64,000 nt of DNA, from assembly GCA_023205875.1 (NCBI GenBank), contig CP060759.1, forward strand, positions 806,001 through 870,000, written 5' to 3'. A program made the translations under genes and the position numbers. Each line of letters starts with the position of its first letter. Positions within the stretch are counted from its first letter, which is position 1. A model generated the notes under the pieces. The model was not told the origin of the DNA. It made no database searches and worked only from the letters and a program-made list of their open reading frames with translations. Below, one piece after another: positions 21,137 to 31,158 of this stretch. The stretch is from Chloropicon primus (taxonomy: Eukaryota).

Positions 21137-21220
21137 TGGGAAAGCGTTTTTGGAGGGGCTGGCGAGGAGCGGTGTCCAGAGAGAGAGAGAGGCGAGGCAG
21201 CTGGAGAGGAGAGGGAGAAG

Positions 21221-21577
21221 ATGGGGAGGGTGGAGCCGAAGACGTTCTTCGCGAACGAGAGGACGTTCCTGTCCTGGCTGAACATGAGCGTGACACTGGG
21301 GACAGTCGCTTCAGCCTTGCTGGGGTACTCCAACAAGTTCGGGACCGAGGGCCAAGGAGCACTCACGACCAGCGTGGTTGGGCTCATTCTGCTGCCCATC
21401 GCCGTTGCCATGGTGAGCTACGCCACCTGGAACTTTCACAGGAGGGTTGGAATCATCAGACGCTTCGAGGACGGGCCTTTCGACGACGTCAAGATGCCCA
21501 TCACTCTCGCTGTCATCCTTATTGTGGCGCTGTGGGTTATTTTTTTGACGAGCCTCGTGGGGTATTTAAAGAATTGA
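21221..21577 (+). CDS. VTC1: Vacuolar transporter chaperone 1 (DUF202)
   Basis: MGRVEPKTFFANERTFLSWL, 3 TM helices, GPFDD; 118 aa. Confidence 0.92.
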   Translation: MGRVEPKTFFANERTFLSWLNMSVTLGTVASALLGYSNKFGTEGQGALTTSVVGLILLPIAVAMVSYATWNFHRRVGIIRRFEDGPFDDVKMPITLAVILIVALWVIFLTSLVGYLKN

Positions 21578-21906
21578 TCGAGGGTTGGTTGCTACCCCTT
21601 GCTTCTTGTACCACAAAACAATTCGAAACACCAAAACCATAAAATAAGCACCTCCTCTCCTCCCCTCGTTGGCCTGGCCTCTCCCTCTCCTCGACACTAC
21701 CTTGCACAGGGAGGAAAAGGAAGAGGGTGGCAAGTCGCGAGCAAGACTTTCCCACGCCTTCTCACCGACCCCAACCCCTTCCACGCACGCCACGCCATCG
21801 CAAGCAATCGTCCCCCCCCAAGGTCCTTTCATCATCCCTTGGCGATTGGACGGCCAAGGAGCATCATCGGATTACGGGTGGCTGCTAACGCCAAGGGGAG
21901 GAGGCG

Positions 21907-23466
21907 ATGAGGGGAGGGGAGATGATGAGGGGAGTGGGAAGGGAGAGGGGGCTTGGGGGCGTGGCGTGGGGAACGTCCGGAGCGACGTCCTCGCGGGTCT
22001 GTCGGAGCTTGACGACGAGGAGGAGGTGCGGGAGGACGCACAGCAGGAGCAACGTGGGTCGAGTCGGTGGCCAGCGTGTCACTTTGGCTGCTTCGATGGA
22101 GAGGCTGGAGGGCGAGGTTCCCGCGGAGTCGACCGCTCCTCGGTTCGAGGAGGAGGGGGAGAAGGCTCCGAAGAAGGTCGCTATCCTGGTCGAGCCTTCC
22201 CCCTTCACCTACGTGTGCGGGTACCAGAACAGGTTCCGCAACCTCATCCGGTGCCTCAAGGAGGCGGGAACGGAGGTCCTCGTCGTGACTCCTGGGAGGC
22301 TGGTCACGGAGGTCGACTCGGAGAGGAAGGAGCCCCTCGAATACCACGGGGCCAAAGTGGTGGAGACCCTCGGCTTCGAGCTCCCGTGGTACGAGAAGCT
22401 CCACATGAGCTTCGCCTTGAGCCCCAAGGTGTTGAAGGAAATCAAGACCTTCCAGCCGGACGTCATCCACTGCAGCAGCCCCGGCTTCATGGTGTGGGCG
22501 TCCATCCTGTACTCCAAGATGCTGAAAATCCCCCTGCTTCTGTCCTACCACACTCACATCCCAAAGTACGTGAGCAACTACGGCATGAGCTTCCTGTACA
22601 AGTTCTCCTGGGCCCTCATCCGGTGCTGGCACAGCCTGGCGGACATGACCTTGGTCACCTCCAACGTCATCCTGAACGAGTTCAAGCAGCAGAATGTAGC
22701 TGCTCACGAGAAGATGAGCGTGTGGCGCAAGGCCGTGGACACGGAGATCTTTAACCCCAAGCACAGGTGCGAGGAGACCAGAACGAAGCTGTGCGGAGGC
22801 AACCCCAAAGGCAAGGTCTTGATGTACGTCGGGAGACTCGGCAGCGAAAAGAACCTGGAGCTCATCAAACCGATCCTCGAGAACGTCAGGGAGAAGCACC
22901 CCGACACCCACCTCGTCTTTGTCGGCGACGGACCAGTGAAAGAGGAGCTGAAGGAGCTTTTCAAGGGCACGCCCACCACCTTTACGGGGCTGCTGCGCGG
23001 CGAGGAGCTGTCCAGGGTGTACGCGTCCGCAGACATCTTCGTGATGCCCTCAGAGAGCGAGACCCTTGGCTTCGTCGTGCTGGAGGCGATGGCGAGCTCT
23101 GTCCCCGTGGTGGCGGCGCAAGCCGGAGGGGTCCCTGACATCATCGGGACTTGCGGAAAGTATGGCTTGCTGTTCGAGCCCGGCAACGCAGAAATGGCTA
23201 GCGAGTACGTTGACAACCTTCTGGCGTCTTCTGAGGCGCGAGAGGAGCTGGGAAAGATGGGAAGGAGCAAAGTCTCGCAGTGGGATTGGACTGCGAGCAC
23301 TTTGCATGTCTTGAACGACCAGTACGTCTCGTGCATCAAGAACTTCCAACAGAAGGCACTGGCCTGGGTTTCCTTTCTGATGGCAGTCAAGAGGATGCTG
23401 TGGGATCTGTTTTTGAGCTCGGACGAGAAGGGGGACAACTCGAGTGCGAATGCGGCCGCAGCCTAG
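21907..23466 (+). CDS. SQD2: Sulfoquinovosyltransferase (SQDG synthase, GT4)
   Basis: VEPSPFTYVCGYQNRF, IHCSSPG, SYHTHIPKY, MPSESETLGFVVLEAMAS; plastid transit-like N-terminus. Confidence 0.92.
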   Translation: MRGGEMMRGVGRERGLGGVAWGTSGATSSRVCRSLTTRRRCGRTHSRSNVGRVGGQRVTLAASMERLEGEVPAESTAPRFEEEGEKAPKKVAILVEPSPFTYVCGYQNRFRNLIRCLKEAGTEVLVVTPGRLVTEVDSERKEPLEYHGAKVVETLGFELPWYEKLHMSFALSPKVLKEIKTFQPDVIHCSSPGFMVWASILYSKMLKIPLLLSYHTHIPKYVSNYGMSFLYKFSWALIRCWHSLADMTLVTSNVILNEFKQQNVAAHEKMSVWRKAVDTEIFNPKHRCEETRTKLCGGNPKGKVLMYVGRLGSEKNLELIKPILENVREKHPDTHLVFVGDGPVKEELKELFKGTPTTFTGLLRGEELSRVYASADIFVMPSESETLGFVVLEAMASSVPVVAAQAGGVPDIIGTCGKYGLLFEPGNAEMASEYVDNLLASSEAREELGKMGRSKVSQWDWTASTLHVLNDQYVSCIKNFQQKALAWVSFLMAVKRMLWDLFLSSDEKGDNSSANAAAA

Positions 23467-23558
23467 TGGAATACAAGTTTTTTTTTAGATGAATAACAAA
23501 ACGATAAGCCCCATTTTTACACAAGAAAGAACTACCAAGAACTTTTTCCCAAGTTTGT

Positions 23559-26500
23559 CTAAAAGAAGCCGTTCCTGTACAAGAAGAAGATGACCCCGAG
23601 GCCCATGACTCCGCTTCCGTTGAGCAGCATGTACACAGATACAGTGGATGCTAAAACTTTCATGCAGCCCCGCAAGAAAGTTACCGAGTCGACCTTGGAC
23701 TGGCTTTCTATGAAAAGCCTCCTCGCGAATATCGCATGCATCAGGCGATCCCAAAGAAGCGCTCCGACCACATCAAACGCAAGAATCGTTATCATGGACC
23801 ATCTGAAGCTGTCAGAAGGGAATTTCACGAGCTCGAGGATTGAGTTGAGCGGCGGGATCAGCTCGTAAGCTAGAACAAAAAGCCCGATGCAGCTCATCCC
23901 GAGACTGTGTAAGAGAGGCTTATTCTCGTCCAGCCCGGGCTGGAAGGGCCTTCCCTTGTAATTTACCATCAAGACGCTCACTTGTTGCATGGTCTCAATG
24001 AAGAACACGGTGGTGTTGATCAGATTGGCAGAGAACTTCCCGTGCATCTCCTGCTTGAAGTTGGGATCCATGTAAGACTTCGCCTTTTGAACCGCTATGA
24101 TCATGCACGTGAGATGAATTATGAATTGTCCGAAGAGACTCAGGAACAACGCAGGGCTGAACATGGAAGTCAATGGCCTCACTCCACTGATTTCCTTCAG
24201 CGGCTTCACGTGACTCACAGCCAAATGCGATGCCGTGAGCAGTACACCCGTCGCAGTCATTTGATAATCGCTAAATTTGATGCCATCGAGGTAAAGAACG
24301 GACAAGCTGTAAGATGAGATCAGACTCGTAAGGACCATGATCTGGTTGTTCTGAACACTGGTCACGAGTGTGCAGCGACCTTGCCGGATGATATCGTACA
24401 CGCTGCGAATGGACGGGAACTTGGATGTGAACGGAGCTGCTATCGACGCATCCCCGAGCTTCAGCATGGGGAGCTCTCCATCTTCCAAACCGTCCTCCCG
24501 AGCTGCGAGGGCAGCGGCTGAAAAAGCAAACGAGCCCCCGGCATCAGCAACTTTCTGTTTGCTTTCCTGCTGATATTTCTTCACCACATTCTTCATAGCT
24601 TTGAACTGCGCAAAACTCTCGCCCATCTCTTGAAGCCTTTTCGTCTCGGCCTCGACGTCTTTCATCATTTTCTCCTTCCTTTCTTGAGAATCCTTCGCGT
24701 GCTTTTGTCTTCTCTTCTTCATTTCATCTGCATTCTTCGCCCTCTCTTGCTGGATGACCTTGGCTTTCTCTTCTGCTTCTTTCATTTGCTTTTGAATCCG
24801 GTCAAAGAAACCCAGCTGGCCTGCGTCTTCTTTCTCCTTGCTTTCATCTTTGCCCTCCAATTCTTTGCCCTTGCCCTTGTCCTTGTCCTTGTTACCCTTG
24901 TCGGTATTCAAAGAGCCGAACCCGCTCAGCAACGCAACTCCAACGTGTGCCTGACGGAGTGCACCCACATCGTTCGCTCCGTCGCCGCACATAAGCGTTG
25001 TCATGTTTCGATTGTTCAGCACAGACAGGACTTTCTCCTTGTTTTCAGGGGCCATGCGAGCAAACACTTTGAAGAGGTGGAGAGCCTGCCCCAGGTCATC
25101 CCCATGCTTATCAAAGGCATACTGCAGAACCTTGCCAGATACGCAGAGGTCGTTGTCCTTTGCAAGTTCCTCGACGCCAGAAAGGTCGAAATCACAAACA
25201 GCTGCTTCCGTAGCCGAATTTGTCCACTGCAGGTACGGCTCCTTTTCCATCCTCTGAAGAGTAAGAACTTTCTCTCGGTTTTCTCTGCAGAGCCCGACAT
25301 CACAGGCAACGTGCAAGGCCGTCAGCACGTTGTCGCCTGTGATGATTGCCACGTGATGGTCACTCTTGAGAAGAAGCCTGATAACGTCTTTGCTGTCCTT
25401 TCTCATCAGGCAGCGGAAGGCGATGAATCCAGCAAACTTCAAGTCGGATTCAGCCCAAGCCCTTGGAGCTTTTTGGAACCTATCCTCGCAATCAGACCCC
25501 AAAGAGGAGCCATCATCCAAGCTTGTGATGGGGCGGTAAGCAAGAGCAATTACCCTCATGCCCTCTCTGGCCAACCTCTGGTACGTCGCGTCGTACCAGC
25601 TAGGCTTTGCCTTGCCATTCTTTGACAGCAGAGTCGCAATCATTTCTGGGCTACCTTTGGTGCACACCATGTACTTTGACGATTCTGGGCTCCCACTGAC
25701 CCGCACAATTGTGCTCATCCTCTGCAGCTTGGAGGAGAAGTGATACCGATGAATGATGCGCACACTTTGGTCCTTGCCGAACGCCATCGACTCTTCCGTC
25801 TTCTTCGAAGGAACTGATTTTTGGAGCTCTTGGTCGTACTCCCACCCTATGGATTTCAAAGCTGCACTCTCCACGGGGTCTCCCATAGTCTTCCCGTCCA
25901 CCTGCAGAAGAGAGTGACATCCTGCAATCACTCTGCAGCTCTCCAAGGGAGCTTTGTCCATGGGAATCTTCTCCCCAAACAAGACTGCGCTGCTGGTGGT
26001 GGCACCTGAATCACCCGCGCCTTCAGCCGGAACAATTCCTGTCGCTTCGAGCTGATCCGTGGTGATTGTTCCTGTCTTATCAAAGAAGCAAGCATCAATC
26101 TTTCCTGCAAGAGGAACCCGGAAGGGCTCGGTGCAGAAGATGTTGAGACGGACCAAATGAATCAAGGATGCGTTGACGGCGATGGCCAGCTGCATTGGTA
26201 AATCCGCTGGAACGACGCTGGTCACGATCAGAATGCAGTGAATGAGCAACTCATATCTCGTTCTATTCTTGTCCTCAAACCCCTTTTGGAGCACATAATT
26301 GGAGGCAAAAATAGCAAACACCAGCAGCAAGCAAATCATGTAAACGGACTCTCTAAGGAAATCCCTGTTGGACGCCTTGCTCCCACTGCTCGACAGCTCA
26401 ATCATTCTCACCAATTTACCCTGAGACGATGAAAAACCAGTCCTCAAAACAAAGCACAGGCAACCGCCGTCAGGAGTGGCGAGCTTGGACGAAGAGCTCC

Positions 26501-27926
26501 CTTCAGCTCCTGGAGACTGCTGAAGAATGCTCGTCCCTCCGAACAGGACGTGTATCTTGTCGCTGCCTTTGATATCAAGGTTTCTATCCCAGGTTGTCGG
26601 GTCGTTGCTCATCGCTTCCTTCATTTGTGGCACGCTCTCGCCAGTCAGCGTCGCTTCGTTCATGATTGCTCGCCCGGACAGCAGCAAGCAATCGCACGGA
26701 ACGACCTCCCCACTCGACGTGTTGAAGCGCTTAATGGAAACAATATCCCCTGGCAGCAAGGCTTCCGAGCTCACTTTTTTCCATTGCCCCATCCTGTAGA
26801 CGTGAACCTCCTGAGCCGTGTTCCCCATTCCCCTAATCATCTGGATGTTTTTCAGCCTTGTCACTACGCTGGTGGCCTCAAACCCAAAAACGCTGAAGAG
26901 GCCGAAAAGGGCGTATTTCCAGGCCGAGTCCAGGAGCCAAAGGGCGACGCAGAACACCTGGAAGACGCTCATGGGCGCGAGGAGCTGCTTTGTGTACAAA
27001 TCCATGAAAGTTGGCATGGGAATATGAAACTTGTTCGGCCCGAACCTCTCCTCCGCGGAAGCGACTTCCTTTGCGCTAGAATAGCCCTTGCAGAGCATGT
27101 ACTCCCTGACCTTGAGCCTCTTCGGCATCTGAACCTTCTTGATCTCGCCCTCGCCAAGAACCTCGAACTTGCGCTTGTGGGAGGAGAACCAAAGCACCGG
27201 CTTCCCGTCCGCCTCGTTCTTGTACACCTTGCTCTGCTCCACCTGCACGATTTCAACCGTGCTGTGCGGGTCGCGAGGCACGACTTTGACGTACGCCCCG
27301 TCGCGGAACGAGGAAATTCTCCTGTACTTGACCAAAGTCTTGAAGGAGATGGACCAGATTTGGCAGAGTTCCAAAAGAGCGTGCGCAATGAAGGTCACGA
27401 AAAGGGCGAACACTGCCCAGAAGTCCGGCAGAAACCTCTGCGGGAGCTGAGGCCCGTCCTCCTCATCGTCCCCCCACCCGTCGTCCCAGCTCGCCGCCTC
27501 CGCCTCCTCGGCCTCCTCGGCCTTCTCCATCGCGTCCCCCCCCCCCAGCAGATCATCGCCGCTCAGGTCTTGTGCCACCACCTCCACCTCCTCGTCCTCC
27601 ACAAGCTCTTGCTCGCTCTCCTCAATGTCCCAAGCATCCGAACCGAAGTCCACCCCGTCCGACTTCCTCACCACTTGCGGACCTCTCGCCACATCCCCTG
27701 CCACCCCACTCCCCCCCTCCGTCAGGTTCCCATGCGTGATCTCATACTCCCTCAGGGCTATCTCGTACGGCTGTCCCGCCGTAGCGAAGCACCAACGGAG
27801 GACGAACAAGTACACGACAAGAAGAGGCACGTGCTCCAAGCCCAGCCTCACCCTTTTCCCCAAGCTCAGTCCTGCCCTCCGCTCGTACACCGTCACCTTC
27901 ACCTTCTCCTTCTCCGCCACCGCCAT
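23559..27926 (-). CDS. P5A-type ATPase (Spf1/ATP13A1/PDR2-like)
   Basis: LTGESVPQMK, FDKTGT, KGSPE, ITGDN, MCGDGANDVGAL, KLGDASIAAPFTSK, IRQGRCTLV. Confidence 0.93.
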   Translation of the reverse strand: MAVAEKEKVKVTVYERRAGLSLGKRVRLGLEHVPLLVVYLFVLRWCFATAGQPYEIALREYEITHGNLTEGGSGVAGDVARGPQVVRKSDGVDFGSDAWDIEESEQELVEDEEVEVVAQDLSGDDLLGGGDAMEKAEEAEEAEAASWDDGWGDDEEDGPQLPQRFLPDFWAVFALFVTFIAHALLELCQIWSISFKTLVKYRRISSFRDGAYVKVVPRDPHSTVEIVQVEQSKVYKNEADGKPVLWFSSHKRKFEVLGEGEIKKVQMPKRLKVREYMLCKGYSSAKEVASAEERFGPNKFHIPMPTFMDLYTKQLLAPMSVFQVFCVALWLLDSAWKYALFGLFSVFGFEATSVVTRLKNIQMIRGMGNTAQEVHVYRMGQWKKVSSEALLPGDIVSIKRFNTSSGEVVPCDCLLLSGRAIMNEATLTGESVPQMKEAMSNDPTTWDRNLDIKGSDKIHVLFGGTSILQQSPGAEGSSSSKLATPDGGCLCFVLRTGFSSSQGKLVRMIELSSSGSKASNRDFLRESVYMICLLLVFAIFASNYVLQKGFEDKNRTRYELLIHCILIVTSVVPADLPMQLAIAVNASLIHLVRLNIFCTEPFRVPLAGKIDACFFDKTGTITTDQLEATGIVPAEGAGDSGATTSSAVLFGEKIPMDKAPLESCRVIAGCHSLLQVDGKTMGDPVESAALKSIGWEYDQELQKSVPSKKTEESMAFGKDQSVRIIHRYHFSSKLQRMSTIVRVSGSPESSKYMVCTKGSPEMIATLLSKNGKAKPSWYDATYQRLAREGMRVIALAYRPITSLDDGSSLGSDCEDRFQKAPRAWAESDLKFAGFIAFRCLMRKDSKDVIRLLLKSDHHVAIITGDNVLTALHVACDVGLCRENREKVLTLQRMEKEPYLQWTNSATEAAVCDFDLSGVEELAKDNDLCVSGKVLQYAFDKHGDDLGQALHLFKVFARMAPENKEKVLSVLNNRNMTTLMCGDGANDVGALRQAHVGVALLSGFGSLNTDKGNKDKDKGKGKELEGKDESKEKEDAGQLGFFDRIQKQMKEAEEKAKVIQQERAKNADEMKKRRQKHAKDSQERKEKMMKDVEAETKRLQEMGESFAQFKAMKNVVKKYQQESKQKVADAGGSFAFSAAALAAREDGLEDGELPMLKLGDASIAAPFTSKFPSIRSVYDIIRQGRCTLVTSVQNNQIMVLTSLISSYSLSVLYLDGIKFSDYQMTATGVLLTASHLAVSHVKPLKEISGVRPLTSMFSPALFLSLFGQFIIHLTCMIIAVQKAKSYMDPNFKQEMHGKFSANLINTTVFFIETMQQVSVLMVNYKGRPFQPGLDENKPLLHSLGMSCIGLFVLAYELIPPLNSILELVKFPSDSFRWSMITILAFDVVGALLWDRLMHAIFARRLFIESQSKVDSVTFLRGCMKVLASTVSVYMLLNGSGVMGLGVIFFLYRNGFF

Positions 27927-28201
27927 CGCGAGCACGATCGATCGAGTGAGACCGTCGGTGACCCGTCGTCGCTTGAGGTGGTTTCAGAGAGGAGAGGGGA
28001 CGAGGAAGAGCGGGCGCGCGTTGTGAGTGGAGGGGGAGGGGACAGCAGAGGTGGAAGGAGCGTGTCTCTAGTTCGGTTCCGTTCCTCGTGAGGGAGGCCA
28101 GACCCAGACCCTCTCTCTTGCGAAAGAAGCGACGGGGTGGGGGAGGAATTGGCATTGGAGGAAGAGGGGAAAGAGACGAGACCCAACCTACGACGACGGC
28201 G

Positions 28202-28912
28202 ATGGCGATGTTGAGCAGAGCGGGAGGGTTGGCGATGGCGGCGGGGTGTCGGCACTTAGTGGGCGTGAGATCGATGGCCGACGTTCGCATGACGGGCTGC
28301 CTCGCGTCGTGCGCTGCGACTGGAAGGGGCGAATTCTTTTTCAGCGGATCCCTTGGAAATAGGGGGAGCCTGGGCAGCACGGAGTGGAGCAAGAGCTTCG
28401 GAGGGGCGTCGGCGGCGCGTGGTGGAGGAGCGCTGTTGGGCTGGCCGAAGACTAAGGAGGCGGCGATGCCGTGGCACGCGGGAAACACGGGGTCGCGTTA
28501 CAGTGGATTCGAGGATATCACGATCCGGAGGTATGCCGGGGGTGGCAACGTGCAAGTGGACGGCAAGGAGGAAAAGGAGGAGGGTAAGATGTACAAGTTC
28601 AAGAGAATGTTCCGGAAGTACGGACCCCTCTTCGTTGGATTCTACGGCGGGGTCTACGTTTCCACCCTGGGAGCGATGTACGTGGCTGTCGATCAAGGTC
28701 TGATCGACAGCAAGTTTATCATCGACCTGACGGAGCAGTACGCAGACCTGCTGAAGCAGTATGGGATGGACGGAATATTTAACCACGGCAAGATCGATAG
28801 CAAAGCCGGGTCCTTCGCCATCGCTTGGATTGCTACGAAATTCACGGAGCCGGTCAGGTTTGCAGTCAGCGTGTACTGCGTCCCAAAACTGGCAAGATTT
28901 CTCAAGTACTGA
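28202..28912 (+). CDS. DUF1279/FAM210-like mitochondrial membrane protein
   Basis: KFKRMFRKYG...YVSTLG and AGSFAIAWIATKFTEPVRF; presequence-like N-terminus. Confidence 0.75.
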   Translation: MAMLSRAGGLAMAAGCRHLVGVRSMADVRMTGCLASCAATGRGEFFFSGSLGNRGSLGSTEWSKSFGGASAARGGGALLGWPKTKEAAMPWHAGNTGSRYSGFEDITIRRYAGGGNVQVDGKEEKEEGKMYKFKRMFRKYGPLFVGFYGGVYVSTLGAMYVAVDQGLIDSKFIIDLTEQYADLLKQYGMDGIFNHGKIDSKAGSFAIAWIATKFTEPVRFAVSVYCVPKLARFLKY

Positions 28913-28993
28913 GTGTGCCCCCCCAGAGCCGCGACCAGCAGCCCTTAAAACTGTAAAGTAGTCTAGACAAACGATTCTTTTTTAAGCCGAGCG

Positions 28994-30031
28994 TCAGAAA
29001 TTGTCTTTCAGCTCCCGAACCCTGGCAAACACCTTGCCCTCGTCCTGCTCGCTTTCCATGCCGATGCAGCTTTTGAGGTCCGGGTCGCCGCACCGCAGGA
29101 AAGGGTTGGTTTTCAACTCCATCTCCATCGTGGTCGGAACCGTCTTCCTGTCTTGCGCTCGAAGGGATTCGATCTCCCGGTACCTCTCCCTGAGGTCTTC
29201 GTTGCTGGAGTCCACAGTTACCGCGAACTTTGCGTTGGACATGGTGTACTCGTGCGCGCAATACACCGTCGTGTTCTCGGGCAAGTTCGCCGCGAGCTTT
29301 TGCAGGGACTCGTGCATCTGCTTCGGGGTGCCTTCGAAGAGTCTCCCGCACCCCATGACGAACAGAGTGTCGCCGACGAACGCCATCTTGGACTGTGGAA
29401 AGTAGAAGCAAATGTGTCCCACCGTGTGCCCGTCCGTCTGGAAGATCTCCACGGGCTCGCCACCGAACTCAAGTTGGCTCCCCTCGCGAAGCTCGTCCGT
29501 TATCCCAGGAATCCTTCCCTTGTCGCCACCGAAGCCGTACACCTTGCAGTCGAACTGAGACTTCAAGGCCAGGTTGCCGTCCGTGTGGTCCCAGTGATGG
29601 TGAGTCGTCAGGATGCAGTCCAAAGGCAGACCCAGCGCCTGCAACTTGTCCGACACGGGCTTCGCCTCCCCCGGATCAACCACCGCCACCTTGTTGTTCT
29701 TCCACTCGTGGAGGATGAACACGTAGTTATCCTGCAAAGCCTTGACCGTGTACACGTCAATATTCCCGTGCCTCCTCTTCCACTCGTCCTGTCCTTGACC
29801 CGACATGACTCCCGCGAGCCTCTGACTCGTCCCGTGCCCCCTCCTCCCAAGGAAACCCCCTCTGGTCCCCACCCTCAGACCTCCTAACTCCCTTCCTCCT
29901 AACTCCCTTCCTCCTAACTCCCTTCCTCCTAACGCCCTTCCTCCTAAAGCCCGTGATCCTAATGCCCGTGATCCTAAAGCCCGTGATCCTAAAGCCCGTG
30001 ATCCTGACGCAAGTCGTGCCGCTCCAAGCAT
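28994..30031 (-). CDS. Hydroxyacylglutathione hydrolase (glyoxalase II), organelle-targeted
   Basis: THHHWDH, GHTVGH, GDTLFVMGCGRLFEG, CAHEYT, TNPFLR. Confidence 0.93.
   Translation of the reverse strand: MLGAARLASGSRALGSRALGSRALGSRALGGRALGGRELGGRELGGRELGGLRVGTRGGFLGRRGHGTSQRLAGVMSGQGQDEWKRRHGNIDVYTVKALQDNYVFILHEWKNNKVAVVDPGEAKPVSDKLQALGLPLDCILTTHHHWDHTDGNLALKSQFDCKVYGFGGDKGRIPGITDELREGSQLEFGGEPVEIFQTDGHTVGHICFYFPQSKMAFVGDTLFVMGCGRLFEGTPKQMHESLQKLAANLPENTTVYCAHEYTMSNAKFAVTVDSSNEDLRERYREIESLRAQDRKTVPTTMEMELKTNPFLRCGDPDLKSCIGMESEQDEGKVFARVRELKDNF
29880..30005. repeat. 15-nt coding minisatellite (about 8 units) in the glyoxalase II targeting peptide
   Basis: CCTCCTAACTCCCTT and ATCCTAAAGCCCGTG units encoding LGGRE / LGSRA. 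Confidence 0.9.
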
Positions 30032-30468
30032 GGCCTAGGGGGGTTGTTGACCCCTCTCTCTTGTCTGCGTCTGCTCTGCTCTGCTCTCTCTCGCTTTCTC
30101 TTGCTCGGGCGAAAATCCTAGAGAGGATAATATTCGTTGAATATTCAGGAAAAAAGTCTGCAGCTTTTGGTCAAGGCAAAGTCGGGTAAGTCGTCGTCGT
30201 GCAGTGGTCGAGGACAGGCGTCGTTTGAACAAGGACGGAATGCATGCACGCATTATCTTTCTGCATCTTTCGTCGTGGTGCTGACCCCGCAACCTTGGAA
30301 ACGGCGTCGTTATTTGTCACCCCTCTCCGCAATCAATCTCTTGGAATCTTTGGACTGACTTTTAGGGGCCTAGCCTATCCATAGTTACAGTGTGACGGGA
30401 GGACGGGGAAGAGAGAGAAAGGGGTTTCGTTGGTTCGTTGACTCGCTACACCGCTATCCAGGATCACC

Positions 30469-31122
30469 ATGAACGTGGTGACGATAGACGGGACGCAGGA
30501 GGTGGAGGTGAAGAGGGAGAATGAGGACTTCTACAAGAGCAGGAAGAAGAAGGTGGAGGAGGCCGCGGCCGCGAGCACGAGCGACAGAGCCGGTCCCGGG
30601 ATCGTGAAGGACGCCCCGAGCGGGATAAGCGTGGACCTTACCGGGTTCCGCCCCGTGAACAGGCTTCGAGACAACATAGAGAGCATGTACGCCGTGGAGG
30701 TCCTCAAGGGCGAGGGCATGGGGCAGACGACCCTGAAGCAGACTCACGTGTACATAAGCGTCCAGCCCGAGGTGCAGGCGGACAACAATGGCACGTCGAC
30801 TAAGGCCCGCGTGGTGCGAAGCTTCACCCCCGGACACGGGGGCCAGCCCCACGCCATCAAGAACACCCGAGCCATCTTTGACGACATTGAGCAAACTCTC
30901 GAGTTCGTGGACCACACGAACAAGGAGACCTTCGACAGAAGCCTGGAGAGGGAGGAGTACCTGGACTCCAAGGGGACGGACGTAGAGCGCCGTCGGATCG
31001 TCGGAGAATCGACGTTGAAGCAGATGGAGTTTTTCGCGGAGAGGTGCAAGCACCTCGGTCTGCAGCGGACGCCCGCGCAGATCATGGCTCGAATGATTCT
31101 CTCAGAAGGGATCCAATTCTAA
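30469..31122 (+). CDS. Hypothetical protein
   Basis: 217-aa ATG ORF with host-like codon bias; no family recognised. Confidence 0.6.
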   Translation: MNVVTIDGTQEVEVKRENEDFYKSRKKKVEEAAAASTSDRAGPGIVKDAPSGISVDLTGFRPVNRLRDNIESMYAVEVLKGEGMGQTTLKQTHVYISVQPEVQADNNGTSTKARVVRSFTPGHGGQPHAIKNTRAIFDDIEQTLEFVDHTNKETFDRSLEREEYLDSKGTDVERRRIVGESTLKQMEFFAERCKHLGLQRTPAQIMARMILSEGIQF

Positions 31123-31158
31123 ATCTATTTTAATTGAACAAGCTGCCGAACCGATGGC

